This document shows positions 28,099 to 37,172 of a stretch of DNA of 64,000 nt, in pieces; the stretch's first letter is position 1; every line of letters starts with the position of its first letter. Under the pieces are notes generated by a model, which was given only the letters and a program-made list of their open reading frames with translations, did no database searches and was not told the DNA's origin. A program made the translations under genes and the position numbers. The stretch lies in the NCBI GenBank assembly GCA_021816725.1, contig JAKAXD010000001.1, positions 437,209 to 501,208 of the forward strand, read 5' to 3'. The DNA comes from Thermoplasmata archaeon (GTDB lineage Archaea > Thermoplasmatota > Thermoplasmata > Thermoplasmatales > GCA-001856825).

Positions 28099-29112
28099 CT
28101 ACTGTGCAAGCGGTTTCACAGTTTTCCCTATTTTCTTTAGTATGCTCCTTTCGAAAATAACCTTCATGTAAAGTGCGTCGTGTTCTAGCAATGGAGAAAA
28201 AGAGATGAGAGTAATTTCATCGTCGAAGTCAGCTAGTGCGTCCGCAAACGGTTCAAATTTCAGGTTCCCCTTTTTGATGGGAGTAATCCTGTATTCTGAC
28301 TGATCCAGAAATTCTACTCCAGAGAATTCAAAATAGAGGGGCCTCTTCTTTTTCTTAGTCTCCTCCACTATTTCAGAAAACTCTTCCTGTTCAGTCGGTG
28401 AGTTCTTTCTTGATGAGTAGATGTGAGATATATTTGTTACAGACGTGATGCTCTTGACACTGTTCAGAAGATGGTCTATCTCCTCAGGACTACCAATTAC
28501 TTCTTCCTTTCCTGAGTTCTCTATGCACAATTTTGGCTTAATCTTCAGGGACGACATCTTTTCAGATATCTGCTTGAGGGACGTTACCGTCTTTGCAAGA
28601 CTCTTCTTCCTATCCTTTGAAGCCAGTCCTAGATGCGTTATGAGATACTCTGAGTCCAGCGCATCTGCAATTACTCCGCCCCATATGGTATGCTGAATGG
28701 AATCTAGAATCATCCTTTCTTCATTGCAGAAATCAACGTAGTATGGAGTATGAAGAGAGATCTTCACGTCAAGTTCCTTCGCAACGTCCCTCGCCAGGCT
28801 AAGTTCCTTGTAGTCCCTGGCCATGCTCCAGAAAAGTTCTGTCCCGATGTCATCTTCTTCAATTACAGTGTTCAACCCCACTGACTTGTATTTCCCATCA
28901 TCGTCGCTCCTGAGCAGGTCGACGAGAAGCATCTCGTCCAGGTCCTTTGGCTTCAAACCTACAAAGTCCCTCATCTCACGCTCTTGCGTGCTTATCCTGA
29001 AGAGCTGAATCTCAAGATAATTCAACCCCAGCTGAAAAGTGTTTTCAACCGCATCTTTTACGGTCCTGCCCTTTGAACCAAGAGGGATACCTGCGATACC
29101 GAACCTATACAT
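28099..29112 (-). CDS. endonuclease IV-like / xylose-isomerase-like TIM-barrel protein
   Basis: N-terminus MYRFGIAGIPLGSKGRTVKDAVE..LGLNYLEIQ resembles archaeal AP-endonuclease-2-family proteins. HTPYY and ITHLG metal-site-like blocks. Carries an acidic insertion. Confidence 0.55.
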   Translation of the reverse strand: MYRFGIAGIPLGSKGRTVKDAVENTFQLGLNYLEIQLFRISTQEREMRDFVGLKPKDLDEMLLVDLLRSDDDGKYKSVGLNTVIEEDDIGTELFWSMARDYKELSLARDVAKELDVKISLHTPYYVDFCNEERMILDSIQHTIWGGVIADALDSEYLITHLGLASKDRKKSLAKTVTSLKQISEKMSSLKIKPKLCIENSGKEEVIGSPEEIDHLLNSVKSITSVTNISHIYSSRKNSPTEQEEFSEIVEETKKKKRPLYFEFSGVEFLDQSEYRITPIKKGNLKFEPFADALADFDDEITLISFSPLLEHDALYMKVIFERSILKKIGKTVKPLAQ

Positions 29113-29249
29113 TCGCTTATCCTTATAAAAGGCTGGTAATAAAACCTTGTGAGTAAATCGTCGTCCTCTCTGTATTAACGGTCATATCCCTCATAATCAG
29201 GGGCAACCTCCTGTTCCTAAAGTGGATATTTCACGATTCCTAGAAATTG

Positions 29250-29678
29250 TCAACCTTTCATTGCCGACCTGATTTTTCTTGCATCGGCTTCCAAGAATGA
29301 GTCATTCGTGACAAACCTTTTCATCGCAGCCTCTTCTAGGACCTTTACATATTCCGAATCATATCTAGGTATTATGTGCACGTGAAAGTGAAAGACTGTC
29401 TGGCCTGCATGCATCCCGTTGTTTTGCATCAGGTTTATGCCGTATGGGTTGAAGACCTTGTTAAGCGCGACCGAAACAATCTTTGCCACTCTGAACACTT
29501 CAAGCAGGGGTTTAAATTCGATATCATAAAGATTATCGAAGTGAGCCTTAGAAATTACAAGTGAGTGCCCCTTTGATACTGGGCGGTGATCAAGGAATGC
29601 TAGTGCAAGATCAGATTCATAAATGATCTGGGCCTTTGTTCTGCGATTTGCTATATCACAAAATTGGCAGTCAGTCAT
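29250..29678 (-). CDS. HIT (histidine triad) family protein
   Basis: CQFCDI, GHSLVISKAH, and the triad HFHVHIIPR. 142 aa. Confidence 0.88.
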   Translation of the reverse strand: MTDCQFCDIANRRTKAQIIYESDLALAFLDHRPVSKGHSLVISKAHFDNLYDIEFKPLLEVFRVAKIVSVALNKVFNPYGINLMQNNGMHAGQTVFHFHVHIIPRYDSEYVKVLEEAAMKRFVTNDSFLEADARKIRSAMKG

Positions 29679-29716
29679 CGCTCTTTAACAATTGTTGAGA
29701 TATAATGGTTTTACTT

Positions 29717-30928
29717 TTAACCTGAAACTTCCATTATCTCCTGCGATTCTGGAACCGGTTTTGCAAGAAGTAGTACAGGTACCAGCACTATTCCTAGAAC
29801 TCCTAATATCAGCCAACCGTAGTCGGGGCCAATCTTATCAGTAATTAACGTAAAGATGAATGGCGAAACTGACCCTACCGCGATTCCTATGAAGTTCACG
29901 AATGAAAGAGCGAATGGAACCATTGATCTCTCTTTCACATAATGCATGGAAAGAACGTAAAGGGCTGAAAACCCTGATTGGACTGTGAAACCTCCCACCC
30001 CTGCTGCTAAAACAAGCTCAGCTATGTTTAGAGTGTGAGGTATGAGTATAAACGCTATGCTGCTTATTATAAGAGTAGTATAGGTAAACGGCCTCCTTAC
30101 CTTAGGATTGGAAAGCAAATGTCCCCCGATAAATCCACCGAGGAAACCGATCATCAGGAAGACACCGTCCACTAGTCCAGAATAAAATGACCCAACCCCA
30201 AGGTAATTCTCTCCGAAGTACACCAGAAACTGCCCCCCGATGGTTTCAACAAATGTAGCTGCTAGCGTACCGATTGCAAGAAACCAGAGGAACTTGTTTC
30301 TGACTATTGTGAACATCTTCCTACTGAAGCCTGTCGATTCAGCCTTGTGCTCTTTCATACCCCTAAGGACAATGAAATTCTCTATAGCAATGGCAAGCAT
30401 CAATATGCCTCCTACCGCAAGTCCGAGACGCCATCCTATTGCCTTGTCCACAAATACCCATCCAAAGGCACCAGCTCCTGCTCCCAGACCGAATACCCCA
30501 TTATATATTCCAACCTGCACTGGATATGCCTCAGGAGGGGAGAGGTCACGCAAGATAGATAGGCCCGGTGGGAAGAAGAACGCGGAACCCCATCCTGCAA
30601 CAAATCTTGAGAGTGAAAGTTCTACTAAATTATTGGAAGCGCCAGAAAGTATAGCCCCAATTCCAAGCAGGATCAGACCTATGAATGCAACCTTCCTTGA
30701 TCCAATCCTTGATGCGATCGCACCCCCTATCAGCTGGAATGGTGCAAGTCCTACGTAGAAGAAGGTGGTCGCTATGCCAAGCTGGACTATCCTTAGATTC
30801 AGGTCTCCTGCGATATATGTAAGTCCTGGTGCAATGTCAAACCAGTTTAGTGCGTAAATTGCCCTTGCAACATTGATAGATGTAGCCTTGAAAAGGAAAC
30901 CCACACTTTTACCTCCCCTTGATGACAA
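29717..30928 (-). CDS. MFS transporter
   Basis: 403 aa with about 12 TM helices. MFS-type loop motif GAIASRIGSRK between TM2 and TM3. Confidence 0.8.
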   Translation of the reverse strand: MSSRGGKSVGFLFKATSINVARAIYALNWFDIAPGLTYIAGDLNLRIVQLGIATTFFYVGLAPFQLIGGAIASRIGSRKVAFIGLILLGIGAILSGASNNLVELSLSRFVAGWGSAFFFPPGLSILRDLSPPEAYPVQVGIYNGVFGLGAGAGAFGWVFVDKAIGWRLGLAVGGILMLAIAIENFIVLRGMKEHKAESTGFSRKMFTIVRNKFLWFLAIGTLAATFVETIGGQFLVYFGENYLGVGSFYSGLVDGVFLMIGFLGGFIGGHLLSNPKVRRPFTYTTLIISSIAFILIPHTLNIAELVLAAGVGGFTVQSGFSALYVLSMHYVKERSMVPFALSFVNFIGIAVGSVSPFIFTLITDKIGPDYGWLILGVLGIVLVPVLLLAKPVPESQEIMEVSG

Positions 30929-31110
30929 CGTGGCAGGGTTTAAATGATAACGAACTCGACCCGTTAAACCACGAAAGAGCAGCGTGTTCCAAATTTATGT
31001 TGGGGCGCACATACTTTAATTCTTTTTGGAATATGAGGATTGTTAATCGAGCTTATCAATCTATGTTCCATGCTTCTAAATAACTTAAATGCTATTATCC
31101 ATTGATCTAA

Positions 31111-31614
31111 ATGAGAGTTTCTACTAAAAGAAATCTAGAAGAAGCTTTTGCAGGTGAAAGTAAGGCTGCGATGAAATACTCTATCTACTCCGAAGTCGCA
31201 GAAAAAGAGGGTTTCCCAAACACTTCAAAACTATTCAAGGCAATATCATACGCAGAGACCGTCCATGCAACAAACCACTACAGAAACATAGGAATGATCA
31301 AGAGTACCTCTGAAAACTTAGTTGATTCGATAGAAGGGGAACATTATGAAGTAACGGAAATGTACCCTGTATTCAACGCAGTTGCAAAATTCCAGAATGA
31401 AAAGGGGGCAGAGACATCTACTCATTATGCCCTCGAGGCAGAAAAAATCCATGAAGCACTATATACCAGCGCCCTAGAAGCAATAAAGAAAGGAAAGGAC
31501 CTTGAAAATAAGGATATCTACATCTGCCCCGTATGCGGCTATACAGTCATGGGCAAACCTCCTGAGAAATGCCCTGTATGCGGAACTTCAGGGGCAAAAT
31601 TCAGGAAATTCTGA
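31111..31614 (+). CDS. rbr: rubrerythrin
   Basis: Diiron four-helix-bundle motifs (E..E..H pairs: AGESKA, ETVHA, EGEHYE, EAEKIH). C-terminal rubredoxin CPVCGY..CPVCG. Confidence 0.9.
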   Translation: MRVSTKRNLEEAFAGESKAAMKYSIYSEVAEKEGFPNTSKLFKAISYAETVHATNHYRNIGMIKSTSENLVDSIEGEHYEVTEMYPVFNAVAKFQNEKGAETSTHYALEAEKIHEALYTSALEAIKKGKDLENKDIYICPVCGYTVMGKPPEKCPVCGTSGAKFRKF

Positions 31615-31821
31615 TTATCCCTGTCTCTCCTTCTTCAGGCTTTCGTCCTCAGAGAATAGCTCACCAATAAGGTCCGAAACCTTCCATTCTAGTGTTACTG
31701 GAGTGGTAACTGCAACTATTGTGTTCTCTGATAGTCCCAAGCTGTTAAGGGCAGAAACCAACTTTGTGTAGCCTAATCTGTCAAAATTATGCAGCAATAT
31801 GACTTTCTTAGGAGATGACAT
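31615..31821 (-). CDS. small hypothetical protein (possibly DUF3783-like)
   Basis: 68-aa ORF abutting the rubrerythrin stop. The ILLHNF..W.V..L..EL pattern vaguely recalls DUF3783. Coding status is uncertain. Confidence 0.35.
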   Translation of the reverse strand: MSSPKKVILLHNFDRLGYTKLVSALNSLGLSENTIVAVTTPVTLEWKVSDLIGELFSEDESLKKERQG

Positions 31822-31904
31822 CAGCCCGTGAATTATAAATCAAGATATTAGGAAATTGGTTTTGTGCGAAATCTAATATTTATGGTGGAACTACATTTTA
31901 TCAT

Positions 31905-32540
31905 ATGGAAAGGATAAGCAAGAGGGTCTCCGAGTACCTGTCATCAAACCCCTGTGCGATGGAATCCCTCCAGTCAGGAATCGTCAATTACTCCTCACTT
32001 GCAAGATACCTGATGAAACAGCTGAAGACGCAGAACTTTAATGCAGTGCTCGCTGCCATCAAGAGGTATCCGGAAAGGAACCCATCCCTTGAATCTGCTT
32101 ACAGGTCGGCACTCATCGAATCTAGGATCGAAGCGTTCTATTCGATGACAAACCTTACGGTAAGAAATTCGGTGGACAATTTTGTCAAGGTCTCGAGAAT
32201 ATATGCCGACATCTTCGGTTCCGGAGGGAAGATAAGGGTGGTTCAGGGTAGCCAGGGGATTGTCATGGTCATAGACAAGAAGAATACTCCTGAAGTCAGG
32301 AAAAAATTCTCTTCGGATGAGATTCTTTCATTCAGGGACAATCTTGCTGAGCTCGTAGTGATCTCCCCCCTGATCATAGAGAAACTGAGAGGGTACGTAG
32401 CCTATATATCTACAATACTTGCAATCAACGGAATAAACGTATATCAAGTTGCGTCCTTCTACAACGACGTCACCTACATAATGGACGAGGAGTACATGGA
32501 TTCAGCTGTAAGGGTCATGACAAAGCTCACTTCTGGCTAG
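31905..32540 (+). CDS. hypothetical protein (possible ACT-like regulatory domains)
   Basis: 211-aa ORF with a clean intergenic start. No motif I can name with certainty. Confidence 0.5.
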   Translation: MERISKRVSEYLSSNPCAMESLQSGIVNYSSLARYLMKQLKTQNFNAVLAAIKRYPERNPSLESAYRSALIESRIEAFYSMTNLTVRNSVDNFVKVSRIYADIFGSGGKIRVVQGSQGIVMVIDKKNTPEVRKKFSSDEILSFRDNLAELVVISPLIIEKLRGYVAYISTILAINGINVYQVASFYNDVTYIMDEEYMDSAVRVMTKLTSG

Positions 32541-33081
32541 GCAGAGGGTTAGTAACCCTGAATACCAGCCTATGCCTACGTGAATGGGCCACGATCTCAA
32601 AGTTTGGTTTTTCCGAGATTGAAACCACCTGAAATTTCCTATTTAATATCTTTCCAACTATGCACAGCCTGGTACCCCCGTTATCAATGACGTCTATCGT
32701 TGAGAACCCAGTGACAGGTGCAAAAGGAGGATAGAGGAAGGCAAAGAAGATTGCCGCAATTATATTCATAGCTACATAGGTCACTGTATTAATTGGATAG
32801 AATTTGTAAGAAAATGGTCCAATGAATACAGTCAGTATAGATATGAGGTACATCATGATTCCAGGGGTGCTGCCTTCAGATGTTAGCACCCTGAGGTTGC
32901 TGTATATGAATTTTGCATTGCTTCTCCTCGACCTCAGCAGCATCCCTCGTCCGTAGAGAGCAACTGCCATGACGACGAATAGCGTTCCAAGCCCAAGAAT
33001 CAAGTCCACGTCTTCAGCTCCTGTTCGAATGAGCAGCTCTTGCAGATATCTCCCGGGGTGGGCGATCCGCAGATCTTGCAT
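32527..33081 (-). CDS. hypothetical integral membrane protein
   Basis: About 4 TM helices. The listed start overlaps the upstream gene by 82 nt. A GTG at 33009 or the ATG at 32970 may be the true start. Confidence 0.45.
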   Translation of the reverse strand: MQDLRIAHPGRYLQELLIRTGAEDVDLILGLGTLFVVMAVALYGRGMLLRSRRSNAKFIYSNLRVLTSEGSTPGIMMYLISILTVFIGPFSYKFYPINTVTYVAMNIIAAIFFAFLYPPFAPVTGFSTIDVIDNGGTRLCIVGKILNRKFQVVSISEKPNFEIVAHSRRHRLVFRVTNPLPSQK

Positions 33082-33917
33082 TTCCCCATCTTTTCTTCTT
33101 GTTCTGATGGCATAAGTGCTTTAATCTTGTCAAATGAGTTGAGGATTGAATATTTTGTACCGGGCGACCTCTCCTCCCACTTGTCAATTGATTCCCTGAA
33201 TTCGTTCCTGATTGCCCTATCTGCATAGGGGCAGACGGCGTGCGAGAATTCTATACCCTGCAGTATGGCGTATAGCATAACTTCCTTCTCGGATATCTTC
33301 CTTAACGGTTGCAATCTGGGAACAAGTCCTTCCTTGGTTGTGTTGTGGGGCCCCATTCTTCCCATCCTGGTTATGTCCCCCCTGGCAATGTTCATCATCA
33401 TCGACTGCACTGTATCATCCAGGTTGAGGCCCGTAACCATATAGTCCAGGTCATCATCTATACCTGCGCTATTGATCAATTTCCTTCTGAATACGCCGCA
33501 GTAGCTGCAGGGTGCCAGTTTACCCCCTTCAGAAACAATGTCCATTGTAGTGTGGAAATTGTCCTCAATTTTAAGTATCCGGTGCTCAACCCCGAGCTTC
33601 CTAGTCAGGGACTGTGCTGCCTTTATAGTCTCGGGCCTGTACGATTTTATGCTTTCATCTATTGTCACTGCAACGATGTCCACGTCCGGCCTCTTACCGA
33701 ATATCCGATGCGTTTCAAAGAGTGCTACCGAACTATCTTTCCCACCAGATAGAGCAACGCCTATCCTAATGGGATTTCTAATTTTCAGTTCATTCCTGAA
33801 TTCAAGATTTACCCTCTTCTGGAAGAATTTTGTGAAATGCTTTTCGCAGAGATGGCTACCATTGTACTTAAGAAAAGCAACAGACTCACTGTTACACAAA
33901 GAACATTGCATTAACAT
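33000..33917 (-). CDS. tRNA 2-thiolation PP-loop ATPase (TtuA/Ncs6/CTU1 family)
   Basis: PP-loop ALSGGKDSS, N-terminal zinc finger CSLCN..CEKHF, central CSYCG, C-terminal CKICG..CKSC. The ORF-track start 34016 would overlap the divergent trmB gene, so MLMQCSLC at 33917 is preferred. Confidence 0.8.
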   Translation of the reverse strand: MLMQCSLCNSESVAFLKYNGSHLCEKHFTKFFQKRVNLEFRNELKIRNPIRIGVALSGGKDSSVALFETHRIFGKRPDVDIVAVTIDESIKSYRPETIKAAQSLTRKLGVEHRILKIEDNFHTTMDIVSEGGKLAPCSYCGVFRRKLINSAGIDDDLDYMVTGLNLDDTVQSMMMNIARGDITRMGRMGPHNTTKEGLVPRLQPLRKISEKEVMLYAILQGIEFSHAVCPYADRAIRNEFRESIDKWEERSPGTKYSILNSFDKIKALMPSEQEEKMGKCKICGSPTPGDICKSCSFEQELKTWT

Positions 33918-33958
33918 TGTAGTAAAAAAAGTTATAAAAGCCTTTATTATTATTACCC

Positions 33959-34666
33959 ATGGAAGATTTTGAAAAGGAACTTGAAGAAGTATCGAAATAC
34001 TTCGAAAGTTTCGCAATGACAGATTACGAGCTAAGGGGATTCTTAGCCTTGATATTATTGGGTGCTAGTACACCAGATACAATAGCAATGACTGCTAAAA
34101 TCCCGAGAACATCTACATACAAAGTTCTCGAAAAGCTCGAGGAGAGAGGCTTCATCACTTCGCTCGAAGGGAGACCGAAGGTCTTCAAGGCGAAGAACGT
34201 TTATGAGATAAGGAAGAATTTTTCAAAGAACCTTGACGTTCTTTTTGATAAGCTTACAGAAATGAGCGAGCTCCTCACACAACAGGGTCTGCCACAACTG
34301 ATCTACACAATCTACGGAAGGGAGAGGGTTCTCGAAAAGATGAAAGAAGTTCTCAACTCCGCTGAGAGGTCTGCATCGATATCTACTCCCAAACTCAGAG
34401 AACTTAGACAGGAACTTGGGAAGGAAATAGAGTCTGCCATAACGAGGAATGTTACGGTTTCGATCGTGGCACCAGACAATCAAAGAGTACCGCAGGGTAC
34501 GAGGGTATTCAGAAACAATTCTCTAATTGCGACTGACATGGTTTCTGATGGCACAAAGGCGCTGATCGCAGCACCGGACTTATCGGCCTGCGGGTTCACT
34601 GATAACCCCCTGCTTGCTGATCACATTAACAGCTACATAGAGATGTTAATGAGCAAGAAGATATGA
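33959..34666 (+). CDS. TrmB family transcriptional regulator
   Basis: N-terminal wHTH: LRGFLALILLGASTPDTIAMTAKIPRTSTYKVLEKLEERGFI. Confidence 0.8.
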   Translation: MEDFEKELEEVSKYFESFAMTDYELRGFLALILLGASTPDTIAMTAKIPRTSTYKVLEKLEERGFITSLEGRPKVFKAKNVYEIRKNFSKNLDVLFDKLTEMSELLTQQGLPQLIYTIYGRERVLEKMKEVLNSAERSASISTPKLRELRQELGKEIESAITRNVTVSIVAPDNQRVPQGTRVFRNNSLIATDMVSDGTKALIAAPDLSACGFTDNPLLADHINSYIEMLMSKKI

Positions 34667-34679
34667 AGCGTGAATTAAA

Positions 34680-35246
34680 GTGAGAATCTACGTCATAGAT
34701 AACGGGGGGCAATGGACACACAGAGAATGGAGGGTTCTAAGGGACTTGGATGTTGAATGCGAGATTAAGAGCAACGAATCCGCGCTGGGAGAACTTCGTG
34801 ATGCGGATGGAATCGTTCTTTCTGGTGGAGCTCCATCAATAGCCTATGAGAGCTTCAAACTTGGAAACACTGCAGAATTCCTTGACAAGATGGATGTCCC
34901 CATACTTGGAATCTGCGTCGGGGCCCAATTCATGGCCATGCATTATGGATCCAGAGTTTCTCCTGCAATTCATCCGGAATTTGGCAAGGTTGAAATTTCT
35001 ATGGTGAAAGAAGATTCCTTGCTGAGGGGACTCCCTAAAAAGTTTGTGGCATGGGAAAGCCATAATGATGAAATAAAGGATATCCCCAAAGGATTCTCGC
35101 TTCTTGCTTCTTCAGCAACATGCAAGGTACAGGCGATGGGCAACACAGATTTACAGAGATACGGACTTCAATTCCATCCTGAAGTGGAGCACACGGAATT
35201 CGGTCGGGACATCTTCAAGAACTTTCTTGAACTATGTGCTCGTTGA
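34680..35246 (+). CDS. guaAA: GMP synthase (glutamine-hydrolysing) subunit A, class-I amidotransferase
   Basis: MRIYVIDNGGQWTHREWRVLR, catalytic GICVGAQ, and FHPEV. 188 aa, the archaeal split form. Confidence 0.9.
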   Translation: MRIYVIDNGGQWTHREWRVLRDLDVECEIKSNESALGELRDADGIVLSGGAPSIAYESFKLGNTAEFLDKMDVPILGICVGAQFMAMHYGSRVSPAIHPEFGKVEISMVKEDSLLRGLPKKFVAWESHNDEIKDIPKGFSLLASSATCKVQAMGNTDLQRYGLQFHPEVEHTEFGRDIFKNFLELCAR

Positions 35247-35760
35247 GAAATTCCCTTACATTTTCCCTGAATTCCATTATTGTCCCGTCGTTGCATATGT
35301 AACGATCTGCGGTTGCTAGAACCTCTCCGATTCCCCAGGAAAGTTCCCTGTTCTCCCTGACCGTAAACTCCTCTATATTCCTCGGGTCGTCTTCCCTTCC
35401 CCTCTTAAGGAGACGGCTGAATCTCTTTTCCCTGCCTGAGGATATGCCTACAACGAGCCCGACTTTCATGTCCTTCCTGAACCTCACTACCTCCTCCACG
35501 TTCCTGACTCCCTCTACCACGACGAAAGCGCTCTTAATCTGCTCTATCGTTCTCTTCGCCCATATGTCCATTCCATGGTCCTTTCTTTCCTTGGAGGCAA
35601 TCTCTCCGCTCATAGAAATGCTAACACCAATGCTGCTGGTGTACTTCCTCACAATGTCTCCCATATTTACTACCTCTATCCCCATCTCCCTGGCAACCAT
35701 CGCAAATTCGTCCTTGCCAGAACCGGGCATTCCTATAATGAGTATTGCCTTCGCCTTCAC
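35215..35760 (-). CDS. UPF0200-type P-loop nucleotide kinase-like protein
   Basis: P-loop GMPGSGKDEF. Size and layout match archaeal UPF0200 (dephospho-CoA-kinase-like) proteins. Confidence 0.65.
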   Translation of the reverse strand: MKAKAILIIGMPGSGKDEFAMVAREMGIEVVNMGDIVRKYTSSIGVSISMSGEIASKERKDHGMDIWAKRTIEQIKSAFVVVEGVRNVEEVVRFRKDMKVGLVVGISSGREKRFSRLLKRGREDDPRNIEEFTVRENRELSWGIGEVLATADRYICNDGTIMEFRENVREFLNEHIVQESS

Positions 35761-35790
35761 AATACCCGATAATCATGGAGATATATATGT

Positions 35791-37047
35791 TTACGAAACA
35801 GGTAGCGATTTTTGCGCTGGCTTGACATCCTTGAGCTGACCTAGAATTTCATCCGCAAGTAATATCTCCTTTATCTTCGTTGAACTGTAATTTAGTGAAA
35901 CAGTTGTTGTCCTTCCATACCTTCCGAAGCTCTGTACCTTTGAATCTATAAGCCCGAGATTTGTCATTTCCCCTATGATGTCTGCGACCCTTCTCTGGGT
36001 TAAGCTCCCTACGCCCATCCTGTCTGAAACCTTCTCATATAGTTCGTAGAATTCTCCCATTGTTGAGCTTCCCCCGTTTTTGATTTCGTCTATCAGCGAA
36101 ATCGCAAAAAGGACTAGCTTGCTGTGGAGAGGCAGTGATGAAACCGTCTCAACTACCACGTCCCTTTCAAGTTTCTTCTTTGCTTCATATACAGTGTCAT
36201 CAATAATCCTGTTCTGGTTACCTTTCTCAGTGAGTTCAACTGCTATCCTGAGCATGTCTATTGCTCTTCTTGCATCCCCGTGTTCCTGGGCAGCAAGTGC
36301 AGCGCATGTTCTCATTGCAGACTCGTCTATCGAGTCGCCTATTCCGGCATAGAGGGACCGATCACGCAAGATGTCGTAAATCTGAGAAGCGTTGTATGGA
36401 TTGTATACCATCGTCTCCTCGACCAGACGGCTCTTGACCCTGGGATCGAGATACTCTGTAAACCTGAGATCATTGCTGATGCCGAGTATGCAGACCCTTC
36501 CTTCATTTGTGATTTCATTTATTCTCAGAAGCTGGTAGAGTACCGAATCACCATTCTTCTTTACCAGTTTATCAATCTCGTCGAGAACTACTATAGCTAT
36601 TCCACCGAAGTTTTTGATCTTGTCGAGAACGGTAGAATATAGCTTGTCCAACGGCCATCCAGTAAATGGCAGCTTCTCTTCCCATGATTCGAGCAGCCCA
36701 TCCCCTACTGCAAGAAGTATGCCGTAAGGATTGTCAACAACTCCGCAGTTAATGTCAATGAGCTTTATCTTGGCGTCAAGTCTTGACTGGATAATTTTTG
36801 TAATTTCACTCTCAACGAATTTTACAACGCTTGTCTTCCCCACGCCTGGCTTGCCGAAGATTATAACGTTCGAAGGTTTGAAATTCTTCAGGGAAGGAGA
36901 AAGGATTTCAGCAAGTTGCTCCGCTTCCTTTTCCCTGTGAGGAAGCCTGTCAGGAACGAACCCTGGCTCAAGAGCCTGCCTCTGCCCCTTTACTATCAGT
37001 GAAGAGTGAGAGAATTTTTCAAATAAATTTTTAGATGAATTTTCCAT
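35791..37047 (-). CDS. cdc6: Orc1/Cdc6 replication initiator (paralog 1)
   Basis: PDRLPHREKE, Walker A GKPGVGKTS, Walker B VVLDEID, sensor GDARRAIDMLR, and a C-terminal winged helix. Confidence 0.92.
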   Translation of the reverse strand: MENSSKNLFEKFSHSSLIVKGQRQALEPGFVPDRLPHREKEAEQLAEILSPSLKNFKPSNVIIFGKPGVGKTSVVKFVESEITKIIQSRLDAKIKLIDINCGVVDNPYGILLAVGDGLLESWEEKLPFTGWPLDKLYSTVLDKIKNFGGIAIVVLDEIDKLVKKNGDSVLYQLLRINEITNEGRVCILGISNDLRFTEYLDPRVKSRLVEETMVYNPYNASQIYDILRDRSLYAGIGDSIDESAMRTCAALAAQEHGDARRAIDMLRIAVELTEKGNQNRIIDDTVYEAKKKLERDVVVETVSSLPLHSKLVLFAISLIDEIKNGGSSTMGEFYELYEKVSDRMGVGSLTQRRVADIIGEMTNLGLIDSKVQSFGRYGRTTTVSLNYSSTKIKEILLADEILGQLKDVKPAQKSLPVS

Positions 37048-37172
37048 GTTATGGTAAGAGAGAAGGTACCTTATTAAAACGGTTTCTTATCAAGTCTTTT
37101 ACCAAAATCGATAAATACGTCACGTCACATGCGCTCCCCTACATTTCGACTGGAGAATTAGAGATACATTTT

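Noticed and set aside
33918-34016. An N-terminal 33-codon extension of the TtuA-like ORF.
   Set aside because: The extension would overlap the divergent trmB-like gene start (33959). It precedes the conserved CxxC zinc finger, which normally sits at the very N-terminus, so the ATG at 33917 is preferred.
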